Source of the DNA: Botryllus schlosseri
Taxonomy: Eukaryota
DNA: 64,000 nucleotides
Direction of reading: 5' to 3'
Assembly (NCBI GenBank): GCA_051294905.1
Contig: CM119371.1
Span: forward strand, 33,666,001 to 33,730,000
The notes below the pieces were generated by a model that saw only the letters and a list, made by a program, of their open reading frames with translations, did not search any database and was not told the DNA's origin. Both the position numbers and the translations under genes were made by a program. Below are positions 42,101 through 51,100 of the stretch, piece by piece (the stretch's first letter is position 1; every line of letters starts with the position of its first letter).

Positions 42101-45100
42101 ACTTCCCGAAGCGGTAATTCACAAACTGATCGAACGAGATCGGGTCCTTGCGTTTCTTCAGGTGAACGCCGATGTTGCGCGTCGACGACTCTATGCAGGC
42201 CTTGATCAAGGCTTGCGGGTCGGCGCAGGTAAACAGATGCTGCAAATAGACGGCTATAGTATTATCTTATGTAGTATCAAAAAAAAGTTATTGATACCAC
42301 AGATTTCGCGCCGTCGGAAGGGGCCAAATTTGACTCAATTCCAACCAGTAGAAGGGAAGCGACAGGAGTTTGAAAATTTTTTATTTCTCATACAGTATTG
42401 ATTTTTTTTCATTCAAATTTTACAGACTACAGTAGGCTACTGCATGATATTGTTAGGTTGTCTTCAAAGAGGATGCATAGCTATTTTGGCTCAATTCCAA
42501 ACGGTCTGGGCGAAGTTATTGCAGTTGAAACTTTTGGATCATTCTTGAAAAAATAGAATTGTCAGTGACAGTGAGTAATCCCAGAATTTTCAACGAAAAA
42601 CTCAAATAACTTTGCTTCTACGGGTTGGAACGGGCCAAATTTCTTTTTGCGTCGTTTTTGTAGACAACGCAACAATTTCATGGGGTAGCCACGGTAAATT
42701 GGGAAAAAAATTATTAATATTTTAATGATAAATTCAAAAATTTCAAACTCTTGTAGCTTCCCTTCTTCTGGTTGAAATTGAGTCAAATTTGGTGTGCAAC
42801 GTTTTTTTTTTAGCCAACCTAACAATTTTACCTAACGAGCGCAAAAACCTAAAAAAAAAGATAGTTTTGAACAACCCTACCATACATGTATGGAAGGGTC
42901 AAGTGGCATGGCTCTAGTACAGTGTTTTTAACCTTTACCAAATCGCGGCACCCCAAATTTTCGTTGAGCTAATAAAACCAAAATCTACCACAAAACAGAT
43001 CTACCTATAAAGCAAATACTGCACAAAATGTTTCGTGCATCAACAGAGTATTAATAGCATATTATCAAATACAAAAATGTGTAAATTTTAAATGAGGAAA
43101 GTGAAGATATAATTACAGTTAGAAAGTTTCGATTGCAGTGCCAAAACGCATTTTTGTTCCTGAAATTTTTGATTTGTAACATTAGTATTTATGGTGGGGA
43201 GCTCAGTAATGAGTAATTAAAGAATTTTGTGAGGTCGCCAACTCGCCATTTTACCAACCAGCAGATTCATTCGGCATTGAAGTCCAATTTGAAAATCCGC
43301 TATTATACCGACCATGCACCACCAAAGTACATTTTGAAACGCATTCTTTTACTCAAAGGGGCACCGCACTCTGAAAATGATGAGGACTCAAATGGAAGGG
43401 CAAAACGAAGAAAAAACAATTTCGCCTCAGCCATGTATTCTTCAGAACGCCACCGTAATGGAGCTGCAACTCCACTAAATTTCCACAAAAACTTCACGCT
43501 CCAGCAGTCACGCAGACATCGAACTCTATATAGTTGTCAGCCGATGCTATGAAGGAAATAAGTCGTGCACGCCCTATGACCTAAAGAAATGAATACACTA
43601 GGCCCAATTTTAACATAAATCTCCTGACTGAACAGTGAACATCTTCCATTGAACGCGGTATCTAAACCACCTTGGCTTGTAGGATGTATTTCCTTCACAA
43701 CATCGGCTGACAACGATATAAAGTTCGAACTCTGCTGGAGCGTGGAGTTGCTGCGGAAATTTCAATAAATTCCAGCTCCATTACGATGGCGTTCTGAAGA
43801 CAACGGCTGCGGCCCAAAATTTTTTTCGTTCTGCCCTTCAATTTGAGACCACATCACCACATCATTTTTAGAGTGCAGTGCCCTTTAAGCTGAAAGACAG
43901 ATGGATTTTTCTGATTTTTAAATACGCCCCAATCAAGTTGAATTTAACGTCGTAGATGACGGCCTACAGTTGAAAATCTCCAAAACATAACACCATCACT
44001 AGGGTCACGTACCAATCTACTGAAACTGTATATCACGGCCACTCCGCCTGGGTAGCCAGTCACCTGTCAAAAGAAACAGAACGTGTCACAATGTGTCAAA
44101 CATAAATAAGGCCAAGATAGGCTATGGCAGGAACACACTAAAAAATCAACGAAAACTTGACTTAACTAAGATTTTAAAAATAGACACAAGCTACTATGAT
44201 TCCACTGCGATGATATGAAGATCAACAACGGAATAAGTTGGCTAAAGCACATTAGTAGGCCTACTAATTCATAATAGCAATGCTTGTGATCTTGACACCT
44301 TGGTACCATAGTACAGTGCTCTTCAACCTTTTTCGACGTGGTACACCCTTTTAACGTTTGCTCAAAACTCGTACACCCCTGTTCATTAGGGGTCTTCAAA
44401 AATGACTTTTTTCTCAAATCGTACTGGCTACTTGATAAAATTGTTAGGTTACCTAGGTTACCTAACTTAAGCCTACACACCAAATTTGGTTCAATTCCAA
44501 CCAGTAGCAACATTGCTACGGGAGAAGAAAGTTTCTATTTATAGAAAAATAAATAACGAAAAATTTCAAATTATTCTGTTCACCCCATGAAAGTATTAGG
44601 TTGTCTATAAAAACGATGTTATTCAAATTTGGTTCAATTCCAACTAGTAGAAGCGAAGTTATTGCCGTCAAAAATTTGGATTTGAATAAAATAGTATTTG
44701 GTCATAGAGTCTATTCGCAGCTAGTTAGGCCGCCCGCCACGCAAATTGGAATTTATTTCGTGTCAGCCCAAAAACAGCATGACATTACGAAAGATAATCA
44801 ACCTAAATGTAACAGTATTGGGGAGAGAGTAGGTAAAGCTACTGCTGCAGAAGCGGTAATTCAGATCAGCGATGATAGCAGGCGCACCAGCCTACTGCGT
44901 ATCAGGCCTGCCCCACGCCACACACAGTCGATAGTAGCACATTAGCTGCAAGAGACGTCAGTAACCTCAGACCGTATGCCGCTATACACAGTCTATTGTC
45001 GCTAATTTGCATCACAAATAACAAAATACTAAATTGCAAATGTCTGGCGAAATATTGGACATAAAATCGGCATTTTAAAACGAAAGGGTTTCGATTTCAA

Positions 45101-48100
45101 CATGGAAGCTGTTTCGACCCTGGCTGGCAACGTCACTTCATTTTTGTGCATTGCGGTATTTATTAACGTCGGGTAGGAAGTACCGATTCAAGAAGTCTGA
45201 GCTATCGCGGCGGTTTCCTCAAAAATCATTAAAAGACAAATGACTAGCTGGACACATGTTTGTTAACTGCATACTTTCCAACACCAAACGGAACCATTGG
45301 TCTGTTGCCGACGGCTAAATGAATAGGAGAAATATTTGGTTATGACATCACAATCAAGCGCTGTACATTATTACACTTGAGGTAACATCGTACCATATTG
45401 CTCATTAACCTGTGCGTCAACCTTTATAGGTATACTGACTGACCCATAAACCTGCCTTTGTGATAGCTAGCCATCGGCTCATTGTAATTCGGATCTGGTA
45501 CACCCCTGTACACCCCATCCGAGTGGTACACCCTTTGCAAATTCTGGTACACCCTAGGGTGTACGACAACCCCGGTTGAAGAGCACTGCCCTAGTATTCC
45601 AGGGAGTGTTGGTAAAAAAATATCGGTAACAAACAAACCTCCGTGAACCCTTCGATGTCCTTGTAGTCGTAAGAAGCCAACACTCTGTTGGAGGACGGGT
45701 CTAATTGGCAGAGAGACCCAGCACGTACCTGTGAAATTACAACAATAATACAGCATTTGGAGCAAAACGATACATTAATAGAATCTATGAGGTAAATACT
45801 GTGTTGAACGCAATTTTCCAACACCCACATAGCATACTAATAGCATACTCGGCCAGGGTTGTAATGACTCGAGTCGATCTGTGCATTGACTCGACTTGGA
45901 CTCGAGTCATTGCGCAAGACTCGAACCAAGTAACATGACTCGAGACTACGACGGCCGAGACGGACATTTCATTGTAATATCAAAGAGCAGTAAAGTAACC
46001 ACCCGTTTGGGATTTCGTCTATTGGTACTGGTACTTGAAAATGCGACCAGAAACTGCTAAAAGTGAGGGAAATTAGTATATTACAAATGCGAACCATTCG
46101 ATATCACCAAACAGAGTTATAAAAAGTGGGTTCGACAAGACTAACTGGAAACTGAGCAGTCAACACAATGACTTGGACTTGGACTCGAGTCATAATGCCA
46201 TGACTCGGACTCGACCCTCTGCTCGATTACTTGGACTCGGACTCGAGTCACAACACCATGACTCGGACTCAACACTGTAGCCTACTAGGTGACTTGGACT
46301 TGACTCGATAGTGAATTGAAAATGACTTGACTTGACTTGACTCGAGTAAAAGTCTAATTCTGAAGTAACGCGTTTCTAGACCCAACTACAGCAAAGAGTT
46401 GCTCCATAAATAGACAACATTACATATCTGATGTGTCAATTTTGCTGGATTGTCGCACAACTTGATTACCAACATAAAGATGAAATTATGCCATATAAGT
46501 ACACTCCTCCTTCTCAACATGTCCTACATTGAAAATTGTGACTGAAGAGTGATTGAATTTTTTTGCGTTTGAATGAATTTTGAAATACCAGTTCAGACAT
46601 AAGCTCAAGTGTGGGACAAGACAGGTGCCAGATTAACATTAAAATCGTGAAAAACACATTTTTCTTATGAATATTTGATAAATTTATTTAGATAACAGGC
46701 CCGTCCTTAAAAAGGCTGCACTACCCCCGAGACATAATACTGGTAGATGTTCCTCGACTATTCGAGTCATTATATCACAATCAACCGATTCCAATCCAAA
46801 GTATCCATATCCAAACCCATACCTCCAATACAACAGGCAGTCTTGTATCGCTCCAATGGTGTTTCCGAGCGTTGAACCTTTGAACTTTATGAAACGATTC
46901 TGAGAAGTGTTTGCAGTATCTCTGAACATAGACACACAGTTGAAAAGACTGCTGGTCATTAGTAAAAACAATAACAATAGACATAAGAGAACTGGCAAAT
47001 ATGGCTGGACACAATGATTGGAGTGCTCCTGCACTATGACCCAGGTACTCGATTTTGCTCAGCCTTATTACCAAAACATGCCAATGGCAGACAATGGGAT
47101 CTCGATGCAAAGATTACATTATGTCTTTATAACTGACAATTTTGTCATCATGATGTGAGCAACAACCAAAATATGTAATGCAATTTCCACAGTTGGAGGT
47201 ACTAATTTGAGAATCTCAAAAACTGCCATAATGAATCAATCGTAACATCATGAAACTAGCCTACTACACTGTGTCAACACAAAAAGGCATTAAAGAGGCA
47301 CCGCACTATAAGAATGATGTGGTATTAAATTGAAGGCCAAAACGAAATAAAAATTTTGGCAGCAGCAGTTTTCTTCATGATTGAGCTGTAATTTATTGAA
47401 ATTTCGATAGCAACTTCACGCTCCAGCAGTCACGCAGATATCAAACTTTATATAGGTGTCAGCCGATGCTATGAAAGAAATATGTCGCACACGCCCTATG
47501 TCCTAAAGAAATAGAATACACTAGCCCCGATATTGACATAAATCTCTTGACTGAACATCTTCCGTTGAACGCGGTATCCAAACCACCTTGGCATATACGA
47601 CATATTTCCTTCATAACATCGGCTGACAGCGATATAAAGTTCGATCTCTGCGTGACTGCTGAAGCGTGAAGTTGCTATCGAAATTTCAACAAATTGCAGC
47701 TCCACGACGGTGGCGTTGTGGACAAAACGGCTGCGGCCAAAATTTTTATTTCGTTTTGCCCTTCAATTTGATACCACATCATTTTTAAGAGTGCAGTGCC
47801 CCTTTAAAATGGCTTGAAGCAAAACCTAATAATCAGATACAGTACCAGCTATGCTCTAAACAACAATAAAACAGTACGGCAGTTCTCACCATACAGCAAG
47901 AAATTACAGCACAATTCCCATGACAAATTATGAGATAAAAGACCAGACACCAGACATGAGCATATGAGCAATGTGAAAACATTATTATGCCACTGGCTGG
48001 TGTTAATTGAAACATTGAAAGCTTCTATTGGACAAGGCTGCAATACCTTAACATTTCATTCTTAGTCATACGACTGTTGAGATACCAAGTTCTTTTAAAC

Positions 48101-51100
48101 CTTCTACTAATTGCTGACGATTACCCCAGACAAGTGTCAGCTGAAAATATTTGGGTTGTTTCAATATGTATTCAAATGTGCATTGAAGTTCGGTACAATG
48201 TAGTCCTGCTCTTCACATTTCATTCTGCATGAAAGAAACTACAGAATCCACTTGTTAGATAGGCCAACCTAGATTAGAATCCTAATAACGCTTTGGCTGT
48301 GTGTGGTTGCAAACTCACGATGCCTTCAGTTTAGTACATTATTTTGTTACCGGGTGAACAACAGGACATGAATCACGGTGATATACTATTGTTCAATCAA
48401 CGCATCTGATAAGATCAAGTAAGAAATTTCGTTATTTTGTGGGCATGTGAAATCATCAACTCAACGTATGGAGAGTTACATCATGGACACTTCAACATTT
48501 AGTGCAGAAACTTAACCTTTTAATAACAGTAAAAATCATGGTCAAGAATAGGATTTACAGGTTCATTTTGCCACATCAGTGCAAAACTTTAAAGGTAGCT
48601 CAACTCTATGGTTTGATGGTAATGCCGTTTCATAATATCTGATATTTGGTACATCAACAAATCAACAGCAAAGTACCGCAAATAGCATATGCCGGCCTTT
48701 TTGTTAATAATCAACCAAACTGTGTGCAATGTTGTACACAAGAAGGGACGCTGGTACGAAATATAAAGCAGAAAACATATGACTTTATGACAAGAGAGAC
48801 TAATGATCTATACCATAGCACAAATGATGTATAAAGCCTATATATTATTTACACACCAACCAACATAATCAGATTCCGCAAAATTGAAACAGAATGGTAA
48901 TTTGCAGGAATTTTTCGAGTCTACATTCTGAAAATTGATGTAGGCCTACCGATCAAAAAACATCCAACGACATGCAACAGGCATTGTCAATTTGAGGCAA
49001 GCCACATACATTTTATGATGATAACAAGTTAACAACTGCACAATTCACTACATTATCACATAACAAGAGCGCGTACCAACGCTTCAGTGATCACGTCCGC
49101 TCTGTGTTCCGAAGAGAATCGCATGGTGTCGTTCTTCTTGCCGGTTTTCCGCAGGGAAATGATAAATTCGTTATTGTTTTTGGACTTGCTGTCCGCGAGA
49201 ATGCCGGCGAAGTCACTGTAAGGCCACTGCCAACACACAGGAAGACAACATTATCGCAAGGTTCTCGAAGAGAAGGAATGATGTTAGATAGTTATTAAGA
49301 CTAAAACTAAGACTAAGTCAAATTAACATTAGGTCAAAGTAGTCAACGATGCTGCTACAGAGTAGCCTACTAAATAAAGCCATAAAATACCAATAATTAA
49401 TTTCCAAATTTAAAAACATCTCAACTAGGGTAGTTTCAAAATAACTCCTTTTTTCACTAAAATTGCTAGGTGGACTAAAAAACACTGCACAACCTGTAGA
49501 AGCGAAGCCGTTGACTTGGCAAAGTTTGAATTCATTTAAAAAAAAAACACCCTATGAAATTGTGAAGTTGACTAAAAAAGAAATGTCTAACAAATTTGGC
49601 CCGATTCCAACCGATAGAAGCGAAATTATTGGATTCGAAACTTTTGGATAAGAAAAAATAGCATAGTCGGTGGACAGTTCTATAATAATCATTAATGAAA
49701 GAATTTCCCACCGTAAATACTATATTCTTTTTCAAATGCAAAATTTTGCAGTCCAATAACTTCGCTTCTATAGATTGGAATTGAACCAAATTTGTTATAC
49801 TTCATTTTATTCAGTCAACCTCAAAATGTTATCAACAAGCCAGTAAATTCTGACAGAAAAGATATTTTTGAACAGCCCTAATCGCGACCGATTACTGCTA
49901 ACATGCAGGCCCCAGATTGTCAATGAAACTGTGGATTTCAGATATTCAACAGGGCACAGCTAAAGGGGTATACAGCCGAACTAATGTATGAATAGGCCTG
50001 TCTGTATGAGTGGTTAGCTCACAGACTAAAACAAATTTCAATTGTTTTGAGACTGTCTGAGAAGCACTACTCTGAAGAAAACATCGAAGCGAATAGCTGA
50101 CAGAGTAGAAACAACACATCAAGCCCTTTGATAAAGATTATTTCGATAGTTTTTGAGATTGTCGAAATCTGCACCACAGCTTACTTGATTTGTGACTTCC
50201 AAGGTTGTAGGATTGTAAGTGGTGATCCCCTTTGTTCCAACGGAGAATACTCTCTTGTACCTGAAATTTAAAAGGTGCCGTCATATCGGTTAACTGTTGA
50301 TCCCTTGCAAGAACTGGTGCTTGCAAAGTAAGTAATATTTGCAGAGACTTTTGGATACACAGAACTTCAGTAGGATATGTAAATGAGTAATATAATCATA
50401 TTGTATTGTACTACACACTTTTAGTTAAATTGACAAATCTATGAAGTAGCGACCAACCCAGAGTATCTGTGAAATTGTAATCAACCCATCGCCAAGAAAT
50501 AGGAATGGACGAAAAACTACAAATAACACACCATCGAGATGTGTTCCCCATGATCCTGATTGGAATCTCCGTCCATTTTTTGAAAGAAATCCTGCGTGAT
50601 AGCAGCTTTTTTCGCGTGACAGAGTCAACTTTGCGGCGTGACAAGCAAGGTTACTGACTTCAAATGACTGTGTTAAGCCAGTGACAGGAGATCAGATGCT
50701 AATGGTTAGCAACTGGTAAGGTGCAAGTACTTTACCAACAGACAGTAATCAACAGATCCTGGCTTGAGAATTAGGTCAAAACATTATATACCACACACTA
50801 ACTGGAATATAGCATTTGGGGTGGCTGAGAACATTGACTTTTTTCAATTTTTTTTTTTTTTATTTTTTTTTTTAATGAAATCAACGACCCGTGACGGCGT
50901 GACCGCGTGCAACTGGCGTCCAAGTCGGCGTGATCCTGCGTGCCTTGGACACCGATTCCATACTGGCCCATAATCACAAAATACACTATTCAACAATGCT
51001 TCCTGATACAATAGATTACAGCTCGGGCAAGATCATTTTTGATGCCTGATAAATGACTGATAGATGTGTCGCATTGTCAAAATTATATCTATGGAATTGC

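Noticed and set aside
43229-43552. ORFs on both strands near 43.3 kb as the missing exon 6
   Set aside because: They derive from the palindromic TTAA MITE; the real exon 6 is at 44013-44063.
46684-47110. Overlapping ORFs with a GYGYFG / [10 protein letters not shown] segment
   Set aside because: These are alternative frames or extensions of exon 4 running across a CCATAT/CCAAAC microrepeat at the donor site.
50860-50970. GC-rich intronic patch as a snoRNA or tRNA
   Set aside because: I could not identify C/D or H/ACA boxes or a cloverleaf; an Infernal/Rfam scan would be needed.
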